DNA of 63,485 nt, counting the filler, from Olpidium bornovanus S191 (lineage: Eukaryota > Fungi > Olpidiomycota), in NCBI GenBank assembly GCA_017911155.1. It is 32 parts of 32 records of this genome, joined end to end, with 100 filler letters (N's around TTAATTAATTAA, not from the genome) between each part and the next. Parts side by side here need not be neighbours in the genome. Positions count along the whole stretch, not along the records: positions 38,033 to 39,418 come from JAEFCI010003523.1; positions 39,519 to 41,037 come from JAEFCI010004750.1; positions 41,138 to 43,253 come from JAEFCI010004498.1; positions 43,354 to 44,680 come from JAEFCI010010345.1; positions 44,781 to 47,024 come from JAEFCI010013214.1; positions 47,125 to 48,365 come from JAEFCI010006476.1; positions 48,466 to 50,082 come from JAEFCI010004883.1; 25 more parts are not named here. The stretch is one strand, 5' to 3'. Positions within the stretch are counted from its first letter, which is position 1. Every line of letters begins with the position of its first letter. The position numbers and the translations under genes were made by a program. The notes under the pieces are model-generated. The model was given only the letters and a program-made list of their open reading frames with translations, had not been told where the DNA came from and did not search any database. Of this stretch, positions 38,536 to 48,985 are shown one piece after another.

Positions 38536-39525
38536 GTGTCTTTGTTCCGTGCGGAACAGTCGCTGCGATGGATCGTTCGTCGAGAAGCTGGCCCGGTGTG
38601 ATCCCTGCCCGGCGGGTGCGCCGGCCGCCCGCATCCACAGGAGGTCGCTCGGGAATGCCACACCCGCTTTCGCCCCGCGACAGGTCCCTAAGACCGGTTG
38701 TAGCCGGCAGGGCCTAAACATCGTCGCGGCGCGACTAAGGTGTTTTTTTTTGTTTTCATCTCGCGCTTTTTTCTTTTCTTTTTTCTTGTTAATTCAATTG
38801 AGCTGATCTTGGTCCTTTCCGTCCTTTTTGCACTTCCACACAGGCCTTCGGCCGCGGACCCGGGCGAAGTGGCACCTCGGGGCAAGGGCGAATGGCGGCC
38901 GGAACCGCCGGCGGCCTTCGGGCCGGGAGCACCGGGTTACAGGTATGGCCGCCGCCGGGGTGCTCCCCCCACCACCGGAAGAGCTTCCCGGTGTGAGCGC
39001 TTCCCTTCCCTCGCCCGTCACCTAGGACTCCGGAAGGTTTGTTCGGTCCCCCTCCCCCTCTCCTCCTCCTCCCTCTCTCGTACCACTCCCCCGTCCGCTC
39101 CCTCCTCCCTCTCTCATACCACTCTCCTGTCCGCTCCCTCCCTTTCCTTCATCACCTCTCCCTTGATTACCCTGCACTCCCCTGCACTCCCTCACCACAT
39201 CCTCTCACCACATCCCCTCACCACATCTCTCTTCGCCTTTTCCTCTGCCCACACTCCCCTTGCCGCATCAAAATGTGCCAATGTAGGGGCTTTTCGACCC
39301 TCCCCTTGCTTTAGTTTTTTTTTTCTTTTACTTTTATTAATTCAATGGAACTACGAACCCGCTGCCAATGTTCACGACATTGGGGGGGCGCGGGAGTGCG
39401 AAGCAGCCGGGATTGAAANNNNNNNNNNNNNNNNNNNNNNNNNNNNNNNNNNNNNNNNNNNNTTAATTAATTAANNNNNNNNNNNNNNNNNNNNNNNNNN
39501 NNNNNNNNNNNNNNNNNNCCGTGTT

Positions 39526-39607
<82 letters not shown>

Positions 39608-40516
39608 GACAAAACGCCGCGCGCGCTCGAGCCTCCGCCGGACGTTGAAAAACGCGAGGGGTTTTTTTTTTCCCGCCGGACGGCTATCTCGGAGGAAAGG
39701 AAACGGCGCAAGGCCCCCGAGAAGATGCTTTTTTTTTTTGCGACGCCCCCCCCCCCCCCCGCGAAACGGGTCGGCGAAAAGGAGATCTGGCGCGGCCGGG
39801 CCGAGAGAACTGCCCGCAGAGTCCCCCGTTTTTTTTTTTTTTTTCCGGCGAAAAAGAAGTCCCCCCTCGGACTCCGGATGAAGCGTTTCAGAAAAACAAA
39901 AAACAAAGACTTTCGGCGAAGCGGCGTCCCGGCCCGAATTTATTAAGGCAGAATTTTTTTTAGACCGGGATACCTATAATCTCCCGCGTTTCGCTGGGGG
40001 AAATAACGGTTTTCGAGCCGACGGCAAAACCCGGCGTCGGCGAAGGCGGACTGTCCCATCAGCCGTTTTCCTTCTTTTTTTCTCATTTTTTGTCCGGTCT
40101 TCCCGCAGAAACGTGGGGGGGGAGGACTGTCGAACTCAGCTGCACTCTCTTTTTTCCCTCTAGACCGAGGCGTTTGATCCCCGAGGAAGGGTTTTGCGCC
40201 TGGGTACGACAGAGGCTTTGACGAGGCAGCTTACCAACGATCCCAGCGATGTTTTTCGACAACGACAAATACCCGCCTTGGTTCGGAGGTGCACTAACAT
40301 ACCCACGTCTGCCCTGCACATCACTATCGTCCAAATCGACCAACTGCTGACTTTCATTTCCCGGACAACGGCGCTCAGCATCGGAATAATACAGACCACG
40401 CGGAAAAGAAAGAATTTGCAGGGATGATATAAACGCTGGCGCACACAGCAATGAGCACAAATGCTAAGAATTTTTCATTCTCTATAACAGCTTCCCGAAA
40501 ACAACCAGCAGCCTCG

Positions 40517-41037
40517 TCAGCAGGAAACCTTGTCCCAGTTGACGGCGTCCCAGAAGTTGTCCACGTACTGCCCTCGGCCTGCCCAGCCGTAATCGTGCAG
40601 GTATGCATGCTGCCACATGTTCAGACACAGCAGCGGTTTGAACGTGCCCGGCGCCGCATCCCGTGCTCTCTCCCGCAAAACTGGATAAGGCAGCCCAGGA
40701 CTCTCCGGGTCGTGCTCGGCGGTTGAAGCCGTTGTCTCTGCCACGTTCGAATCAAGGTTTTGCAGGCGTATCGGTATAAGGGGTGTACCTGGAAACCAAT
40801 TGAGGTTGGTTAACGAACTCTAATGGTGCATCCGGAAAATTTAAGGAGTAACAGCCGAACGCGGACCACATGCCAAGGACGGTGAAAAGCTGACTCACCG
40901 GCGTTGTAGGTGTTTACTATTCTCAACTGGGATTTCCGACAGCAGACGTGAGATCGTGGTGCTTGCCGGCTTCATTCTGGTTTTCAACTTTCAAGGCAGA
41001 CGAAAACAAACACGCACCTGCTCGTAACTGTCCTTCA
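40517..41037 (-). CDS. SOD-fold mitochondrial small-subunit ribosomal protein (Mrp1/Rsm26, mS42/mS43 family), C-terminal exons
   Basis: LRIVNTYNAG|TP... and PLLCLNMWQHAYLHDYG...QYVDNFWDAVNWDKV*. This is a Fe/Mn-SOD C-terminal fold with the metal ligand Asp replaced by Asn, as in fungal mitoribosomal SOD-like proteins. Confidence 0.8.
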
Positions 41038-41559
41038 NNNNNNNNNNNNNNNNNNNNNNNNNNNNNNNNNNNNNNNNNNNNTTAATTAATTAANNNNNNN
41101 NNNNNNNNNNNNNNNNNNNNNNNNNNNNNNNNNNNNNCATGAAATTTATTACTGGTGGAACAGAACGGCCGAGCCAGCCCGGAAGGCTATCAAGCCGCCC
41201 GTTTGGTTCTTGCTTTCCTCACCGAAGCCATGCCAAACCACGGAAGAACCAGCCAGGCTTTTCTCGTGGGCCATCGCATCATCCCCAACAATGACGACGC
41301 TTCGGCCGCACTGCAGCCGACCGTTTCGTTCACTGCCTAACAGTTCGCTCCTGGGCGGCTGCGTATGGCCCCACCCTCCGCAGCTTGTTCTTCCTTATCG
41401 GCAGTCCCATCCTGGACTCTCAAAGAGCGAGGTGGCTTTCGCGACGCGTCCAACTGACCACGTGACGGGTGGGGATGAAAAGATAGATTTTATTTACGCC
41501 TGCTTTTTAGATTTCTGTCGATGAGTTTGGAAATCCATTACCGGCCATTCTCTTCACTC

Positions 41560-41700
41560 ACACCCTTCGATTACGCTGACACGGGCTACCTCCCGGACCC
41601 GCATAAGGCCAAGTCTCATTCTGGCTGCGTTTTCATGACAAATGGCGCGGCCGTCTTATGGAAGTCAATTAAGCAGTCCTTGACTGTGACCCGCGCGCGG
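41560..41700 (+). mobile_element. Ty1/Copia RNase H relic
   Basis: DYADTGYLPDPHKAKSHSGCVFMTNGAAVLWKSIKQ matches gYaDAgylsDp...SqtGyvF..GtaIsWkS.KQ. Confidence 0.8.
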
Positions 41701-41757
41701 AAGAGACGCCATTGTCGTTCGACGGCCAGGGGTAAGAGGGAAAGCGATGCTGTTGCA

Positions 41758-41995
41758 TACCAGCCTACGTAGAACCAGCCTACGTCTACGTCTACCACCA
41801 ATCGGACATTTTTGGGAATATACCACAAGGCGAAAAATAGAACGCGGCAAGGCCAGGGGTAAAAGAGTGAAAGCGACGGTGTTGAGTACCAGCCTACGTA
41901 TAACCAGCATACGTTTACGTCTACCTAAACGTCTACCACCAATAGGACATTATTGGAGATATACTACCAGGCTAAAAATAAAAAGCGGCAACGTC
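41758..41995. repeat. Diverged direct duplication (about 100-130 bp unit, 2 copies)
   Basis: CCAGCCTACGTAGAACCAGCCTACGT...TACCACCAATCGGACATTTTTGG recurs about 130 bp later as CCAGCCTACGTATAACCAGCATACGT...TACCACCAATAGGACATTATTGG. Confidence 0.85.
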
Positions 41996-42071
41996 GACAG
42001 ACTGCTAATTAGGGAATCGTTGCTTCATTGGTTTCAGATTTGTTGTTATCTTGATTGGGTGGCAGCTTGTC

Positions 42072-42443
42072 TTAATTGGTTGGCTGCTTGCGCGTCAGCT
42101 CGTTTACGGAAACGACGTAAGCAAAGTGGGGGGCCGCTAAGCAAGTTTGGTTGAAGTCGTTGAAGGTGTCGGAATTGGTCCATCGGATGGTCACGTTGGT
42201 GCCGGTGAGGAAGTCATTAAAGACTTGACAGTCTCTGTCCCAATCAGGAAATTGGTCGGGTTCGGTTGTGCGAAGCTCGCTCCGGAATATCTCGCCGGTT
42301 TCAAAATTGATGCCCTCGGCCTGGACATTTCTGAAAGCGCCCTTAGGTTCGCAGACGTTGACGCTAGTGAAGTTGTTGGCTTGGGCCGGCGCCGCGGCGA
42401 GCACGGCGGCGACGGCGAACGCGCAAATGACTGCGGTCTTCAT
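42072..42443 (-). CDS. Small secreted protein (123 aa, intronless), candidate effector
   Basis: Clear signal peptide MKTAVICAFAVAAVLAAAPAQA, three Cys in the mature part, several N-glycosylation sequons (NFT, NVT, NQT), a CAA-rich 5' leader and an upstream TATA box. Confidence 0.8.
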   Translation of the reverse strand: MKTAVICAFAVAAVLAAAPAQANNFTSVNVCEPKGAFRNVQAEGINFETGEIFRSELRTTEPDQFPDWDRDCQVFNDFLTGTNVTIRWTNSDTFNDFNQTCLAAPHFAYVVSVNELTRKQPTN

Positions 42444-42640
42444 CTTTTTTTTTTGTTGTTGTTGTTGTTTGGGTTGGTTTGGTTTGTTTGCGGGGGAACA
42501 ATGCTTGGGAGGCGTAATGAGTATTGTAATATGCGGGACTAGGATGTCGCGATAGGTTGTTGTTTGTTGGTATTCTTATTGTTTTTTCTTTTGCTTTTTC
42601 TGTGTGAGGGGACCGGGGGAGGGAACGTAGAGAGGCTCTC

Positions 42641-42653
42641 CTTATATATAAAT
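42641..42653 (-). promoter_or_regulatory. TATA box upstream of the 42443-42072 gene
   Basis: The minus strand reads TATTTATATATAAGG about 200 bp upstream of the ATG. Confidence 0.6.
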
Positions 42654-42682
42654 ATCCCTTCGTGGCCCCTTTCCATGACAGT

Positions 42683-43001
42683 CCGCCATGGCGAAGGGAG
42701 GGCGGCCATGGCGGAGAAAATCCCTGTGGCCACCATGGCAGAGGAAGTCCCCGTGGCGGCCATGGCAGAGGGAGTCCCCTTGGCGGCCATGGCGGAGGGG
42801 TCCCCGTGACGGAGGGGTCCCCGTGGCGGCCATGGCGGAGGGGGTCCCCGTGGTCACCATTGTTGTAGTCCACGTGATCTACGGGATTGCCCAATAGGCC
42901 AAGGTAACATGTGGACCTGTTATGAAACACGGGGACTACCTCCACCGTGGCCGGCACCCACGAGGACCTCCCTCCGCCATGGCCGCCACACGGACTCCCC
43001 C
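42683..43001. repeat. 27-bp GC-rich minisatellite with a CCATGG palindromic core (6 direct cores plus 1 inverted unit)
   Basis: CCATGG occurs at 42686, 42706, 42733, 42760, 42787 and 42830 (spacings 20, 27, 27, 27, 43). The unit is about CCATGGCRGAGGGRRTCCCCGTGGCGG, and a reverse-complement unit is centred at 42977. Confidence 0.9.
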
Positions 43002-43793
43002 TGTCATTGCGCAAATGAATTCCGAATTCAGGAAGGGAAGGAGGGAAAGAACACCCCGTCTGGGACAACTGTGCTGATCACTTTTCACCAAGGCACTACC
43101 AGTGTCCGCCCACGAGAAACTGGTCGCGATGATCGACTTAAAACTGACTTTCGGTTTTCCTGCGGGAAACGAAAAGGGGAGAACTAGAAGGCTTGGCCTC
43201 GTGCTTCGAGAAAAGCGCCCCCTTCATTGAGGAGGAGCATCTGGGGGGGGGGGNNNNNNNNNNNNNNNNNNNNNNNNNNNNNNNNNNNNNNNNNNNNTTA
43301 ATTAATTAANNNNNNNNNNNNNNNNNNNNNNNNNNNNNNNNNNNNNNNNNNNNCATGCGTGCGCTTCGGTTTTGTAGAATTTGGGGCTCTGTTAGGCCGC
43401 CAGCGTTGCCTTTTTTGGCGTCACATTTCGCGCATAAAGCGTTAGGCGCCGGCAAAACCGCACCCCGAGCCCGGATTTTGTCGATTGGGATAGCGGCGGG
43501 ATCAGGTAAAGGGACGGCGGGAGGGGAAAGGGTTGGGTTCTGGGAGTGGGAGGTGCGGCGGGAGCGAGATGGCGAGGCTCGACACATACCGCTCCTCACG
43601 TTCCCGCCTGGGGAATGGGTTGCAGGGGGAGGAAAAATCGCCATCTTTTTTTTTTTTTTTAAAAAAAATCTGGTCTCGTCACGCAAACGCCGGGAACGCG
43701 AATTGAATGCCGAAAAGCACGTCATTTTGCGCGGACGTGTTTTACCGCTTACCCATCGGCAGGCGTACGCGCGCAACCCGAAGTTCGAACGGA

Positions 43794-43800
43794 TATAAAA
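43794..43800 (+). promoter_or_regulatory. TATA box candidate for the Gly/Tyr/Lys-rich gene
   Basis: TATAAAA about 240 bp upstream of the ATG at 44036. Confidence 0.45.
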
Positions 43801-44035
43801 GCCGTAGAAGTTTTTCCTTCGATTTTTGAACTGCAGCAACTTCAAAATCCCGAACGCAACGCAAAATCGTGTTAGTGAGATGCTTTATTTCCTAACGGAA
43901 CGGGCGAGGCAGCGCGGTCGAACGGCAGAAACCACGCAGACTATTCACAATTGTTTTTTGAACCGATGCGTTTGCTTCGCAGAGGACCGCACCGTGCCGG
44001 AACATTTATTCCTCCCAGCTTGAATAAAGGCCAAA

Positions 44036-44434
44036 ATGAAGATTGCTGCCATTGCCCTCGCCACCGTCGCCGTCCTCGCGCAAGTCGTTTGCGCGGCTCC
44101 TCATCCAGATCCGGCTCCGGCCCCGGCCCCGGCTCCGGAGCCCTTCCCGCCTGGCTACTACAACGGGTACGGGAAAGGAAAGGGTTACGGCAAGGGCTAC
44201 GGCGGGTACGGCGGGTACGGCGGCTACGGGGGCTACGGGAAGGGCAAAGGCTATGGGAAAGGCAAGGGCTACGGCGGCTACGGGAAGGGCAAGGGTTACG
44301 GCGGCTACGGGAAGGGCAAAGGTTACGGCGGTTACGGGAAGGGCAAGGGCTATGGCGGCTACGGGAAAAGGAAGGGCTACGGCGGCTACGGGAAGGGCAA
44401 GGGATACGGCGGCTACGGGAAGAGCAAGAGCTAA
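44036..44434 (+). CDS. Secreted Gly/Tyr/Lys-rich repeat prepro-protein (132 aa, intronless)
   Basis: Signal peptide aa 1-20, X-Pro dipeptide spacer (AP HP DP AP AP AP AP EP FP), then GYG/GYGKGK/GYGGYGKGK repeats. Third codon positions vary among repeats while the amino acids are kept. Confidence 0.92.
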   Translation: MKIAAIALATVAVLAQVVCAAPHPDPAPAPAPAPEPFPPGYYNGYGKGKGYGKGYGGYGGYGGYGGYGKGKGYGKGKGYGGYGKGKGYGGYGKGKGYGGYGKGKGYGGYGKRKGYGGYGKGKGYGGYGKSKS

Positions 44435-44780
44435 TAATTTTTGCGACAGCCACCTTTGTGTCCGGGAGAAGCCGTGCCAGTTCGCCTAATAACAGCAACA
44501 GCAGCACCCTTCGTCCGGGCAAAGGGGATTTGCCGCGAGCAGAATTTTCTAAGGGCATCACGGCCATCGCCTATTACGGTCCGGGTCTTTAATAACCTGC
44601 TGCCCCACGAGCACCCTTTTTGCCATCGAATGGCGCGATAATCTATATAGTAATTTAGTTCTATTTAGTAATATTCCATGNNNNNNNNNNNNNNNNNNNN
44701 NNNNNNNNNNNNNNNNNNNNNNNNTTAATTAATTAANNNNNNNNNNNNNNNNNNNNNNNNNNNNNNNNNNNNNNNNNNNN

Positions 44781-46482
44781 ACCTTTTCGAGCTGCAAGGA
44801 TGGGGCTAGCCGCCACCGCATCAGCTTCAAGTTCAAGTCCACGGCCGTGTCTGCCAACCTTGTGGGCGGAGGAATCAACGACTAAAAAGTGAAATTCATG
44901 GCCCCAAGATCGGCTCTGGAGCGGAGCCAGAAGCACCGCAACGGAGAAACGACGGTCGCGAACTGGAAGTCATACCGGACAGGATCCATGAGCGGCGCCA
45001 AGTCCGCCAACCTGGGGCCGAGCTTCCCATGGACGTTCCTCTCCCAGCCCACAGCCTTCGGACACGAGTCTGCCCAGAAAACTTGTTTAGATTCCAGGCC
45101 ATCGTGCAGTAATTCCAGAGCCAAGTACTCCAGACGAATGCACCCCTTACCTTGCAATTCCCCGCCAGCGATGTTCATACAGAACAGAACACTCGGGGAC
45201 ATGTCCGCGCTACCTCCGAGGTCGTTCGCAGACATTCTGACCGAAAGTACTTTTATCTCGCCCCGGGCCCAACCGTTTTTCTTGGCGAGAACGAGGAAAT
45301 TGCGAAGCGGCCACCCTGGATTCAAGGGCAAGCAGCAAGGGTCCGCGAAACCAAAGATGATCTAAAGAAAAGGTAATGGAACCCGAGCTCGTGTGTTTGG
45401 GTTTGTAGGGAGAATGCGCCACGGCACCAGGTAGAGACAAGATTAGCCGCCCACACACCTCCCCTCCGTCATCTGATCGCTTCTCGCTGAGCTTCTCCCA
45501 CGCATTCAGGCGGTCCACCAATACACCTCTAGGCGACACAAGAATCAAGAAAAAGGGCTGTATGCTGCCAACCGCATGCAATCGCGATGCCAGCTCTACC
45601 GCCTGCAGTCCCAAGAAAGGGTGAGACGGCAACGCAGCTTCCGCGACGCCGCGGCACGCTACTAACGCTCGCCGTGACACATTCTGGAAGATCGCACCGT
45701 GGTATGGTGCAGCACGTCGACCGCCGGCTTCGCCCACGTGAGAGACACCGGTGAGTCAAGGGTCAGCGCCGGGAACGCGAACCAGTAGTAGAACTTGTAC
45801 TTCTTCAGGTCGGCGAAAGTGACGAGAAGGAACCGAGACAGGACGGAGGGGTCGGTCAGAGCATCCCCGCTCAAAATATCATTCCAAATCTGGAAACCAA
45901 GGACCGCGAAGGAAATGGAGACGTGAGCGGTTTGGGATATCAACTGGCACAGTTGGTGCAGGAAAACGATGCCGCCCAACGGCAGCGCAAACCCAAACTC
46001 GGGGAAAACACAGATTTGCACCTGAGACGCGGTTTGTCTGAACAGATCTTCGTTGTTGAGTTTCCTAAACTCCTCAATCGTGTTGGTGTTGTACAGTGTG
46101 CCCGGGACGATGACCGTATACTTCTGAGTACTGCCGCGCAAACGCAATAAGCGGCAGCGGTTGGAGTGGGCGAGAATGAGCGTTCCGCAGGGTTGTGGCA
46201 GATGCGCAACATATACGATGTCCAAAAACGGCGATCGGCGGTAAGCGAGGAGAACCTCGGCAGATTGTCGAATGCGCTTGTTCCCAAACACAAGTTCGAG
46301 CGGGCCGGGCCGCCGGGCGCAAGCGCGGCCTGGTGGCGGTGACGATACGTGTAGCCGCCGCGCAGAGGAACCGGGTCCTCGGCGAGCCTGTACAGGTCGA
46401 TCTTCCTCTGCGACAGCAGGTGCCAGAAGGGCGCCTCGACCGCGCTGGAGAAGGGCTGGAACTGCAACACGTCGGATGTCAT
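44781..46482 (-). CDS. ATG7: Autophagy E1-like enzyme Atg7, N-terminal part, multi-exon, 3' truncated
   Basis: [87 protein letters not shown]...MDP and [13 protein letters not shown]. Confidence 0.97.
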
Positions 46483-47124
46483 AATGGGTCGAGGCTTCGA
46501 ACGACACGACGCCGCCCCTCGCAGGCGCGCGCGCGTTTCTTTCCGGACGGCAGGGCGGAGAGGGAGAGTGGAACCTCCGCGGAAATAGAACAGCAGGTCA
46601 CGTGACTTTTCAATGCCTTTTCCGCCGCGGAAAATAATCACCGCTTTTTCTCATTCTCTACCCTTCCCAGAGTTGTTTGCCCTGTGGGCACGGTGGTGGC
46701 AACGGCGAGGTCTCCAGCGGGTCACAAATGTGCGATGTCTGGAACCAAACATTGCAGGCAACGAACAATAGGCCTCTAAGTCCAACGGCCCAGTCAACGT
46801 GGACTGCCTGGTGTCCCTCCTTGCGAAGGGCATTCAATAATGTATATGCTGTGTGTCCGATGGGGACGCCGAGCGGCCCTGCGGAGCTCGTGTTCCGGCG
46901 GCACATGGAGATCCAGAGAAACAAATTAACTTCCGTTGACCAAAGCACTTCCTTGAAAACAACATTGAAGCACAGCTATCACGGGAAGCGGTCAGGCTTC
47001 CAGCGTAGAAGTGTATAATCCTTCNNNNNNNNNNNNNNNNNNNNNNNNNNNNNNNNNNNNNNNNNNNNTTAATTAATTAANNNNNNNNNNNNNNNNNNNN
47101 NNNNNNNNNNNNNNNNNNNNNNNN

Positions 47125-47815
47125 CATGACTGGAAATCCCGAACGTGCGCGTATGAAGAGGGTGATTAAAAGGACGTGATGAGGACGTGATGCGGGGAAT
47201 AGAGCTAAAAGGTCCGTTAGAGAAAAGAATTTTACCGGCAGCATGGCTTGACAAAATTTTGCTCCTTTGCCCCCGGGCCGCGTGTGCTGGCCGGAACAAC
47301 AGCTTGATACAGTTTGCTATCGACATCAACGGTAAGTTAACAAAACTCGAGAAAACCTCTGTTGCTGTTTTGTCCAGTCTAACCGACGCCGCTCGACGGA
47401 AAAGCTTACCCCAAAGGGCCACCGTGCACGCTCCCCATACGACGTAGAAAACCTGTCGCCCGGAACGTGAGCGAATGTCTTTGCGTTTATCTTTCCCCTT
47501 CCAAGCCACACCGCACCATAACGTACGTGTGCAGTACGCAAGTAGACGACGACGCAGAACACCAAGAAGATGACGAGCAGCCTCGTCTGAAAGAAGCGGA
47601 ACAGACGATTTTCAGGCAGGAGCGCGCATGAACCCGTCAAGCCAGGAAAGAGTGGGGAGATGTGGAAGGGACGGCGAGGGGGCTGGGGACGTGAGCCCAC
47701 ATCTTCCCGCCTCGATATTAGACCGCGGGCCGGCTACGCGATTGCCTTTTTTCTCCAGCCAAACGATCCGAGCTGCAAAACGGAGAGGCCTCACCTCGTC
47801 CAATACTTTGAGCAT
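47125..47815 (-). CDS. Possible multi-exon membrane protein, 5' part
   Basis: MLKVLDE|GTGAGG start, then hydrophobic exons RFFQTRLLVIFLVFCVVVYLRTAH|GTACGT and VVWGACTVALWGKLFRR. Family not recognised. Confidence 0.35.
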
Positions 47816-48736
47816 CAGGAAACCAGCCGCGCAAGCAGCCGGAAGTGGCGTTTCGCGGACGGAAGGCGGTTGGGCAGAAAGATAGCTAGCTGGTCATTCG
47901 CCAGAGGAACAGCCCCGGCCCATGCCCTCTAGTCGCGCTGTAGGGGAAGGGGGGGGGGGGTTCTCCTTGCGGGCCGCTCCTCCTTCTCTACGACGCGGCC
48001 CGCTAGCAGCGCCAAGCTAACGCGGTTGAGCCACTTTGGCAGGTGCGGCGAGGTCCGGCCGGTCGAAGCGGGTGCGGGAGGGCGGCTTGAGAGAAATGGT
48101 TCGTTCGGTTTTCGTTTGGTTTTCGTTTCGTTTCGTTTCGTTCTGTTCTCGCAACATCTGTTGATTTCATCATTGTGACAAAAACCCAGCCGGGGGAGCC
48201 GGAAGGAGGGGGGTTGGCCTGAACTCCCGCTGCGTTATATTAGTACATGTCAAACATTCGAGTTTCAGGCGGCCTTATCGGCGCCCATAACGATTTCTTA
48301 TGTGCACCCATAATCTGCTACACATTGGTGAGCTTTGCTCCCTCAGAGATAGCGCTAGGGTTACCNNNNNNNNNNNNNNNNNNNNNNNNNNNNNNNNNNN
48401 NNNNNNNNNTTAATTAATTAANNNNNNNNNNNNNNNNNNNNNNNNNNNNNNNNNNNNNNNNNNNNAAAAAAAATCCCCGGGCGTCATCATTCGTTTCCGA
48501 ACTTCCCCTTTTCTCCCTCTCTCTCCTCTCCTTCTCCTCCTCCTCCTCCTCCTCCCGCCCGCCCCCCGCCCCCGCACGCAACCGCAACGCAAACGCACAC
48601 AACCGCCAACGCACGCAACGCCCCCCGCCGTCCCCCCCCCGCCGTTTCTGAAAGGCTCCCGTGATTGCCGCTCCCGGCCGCTCCCTCTTCCCCTCGCCCC
48701 GGGAAAAAAAAAAAAAAAAAAAAAAAAAGGGCTTGA

Positions 48737-48906
48737 ATGGCGGCGAGGAAGCAGCACCACCCCCACAGCCACAGCCAAAACCACCACCACCACCACCACC
48801 ACCATAACCACAACCAGGCGCCGGCGCAGGTGTCGCCGCCTTCGTCCGCGCCGCCTTTCTCGCCGAAGCTGCAGCCCCCCGACCGCCGCCTCTCGCCGCC
48901 GCCGCC

Positions 48907-48985
<79 letters not shown>

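Noticed and set aside
40517-40744. Fe/Mn superoxide dismutase
   Set aside because: The metal-binding motif is altered (NMWQH). The Mrp1/Rsm26 mitoribosomal family fits better.
42683-42855. CRISPR array
   Set aside because: The units are tandem with no unique spacers, the context is eukaryotic, and there are no cas genes.
42072-44434. A secreted-protein gene cluster (42072-42443 plus 44036-44434)
   Set aside because: The two genes are on different contigs separated by an artificial spacer at 43254-43353.
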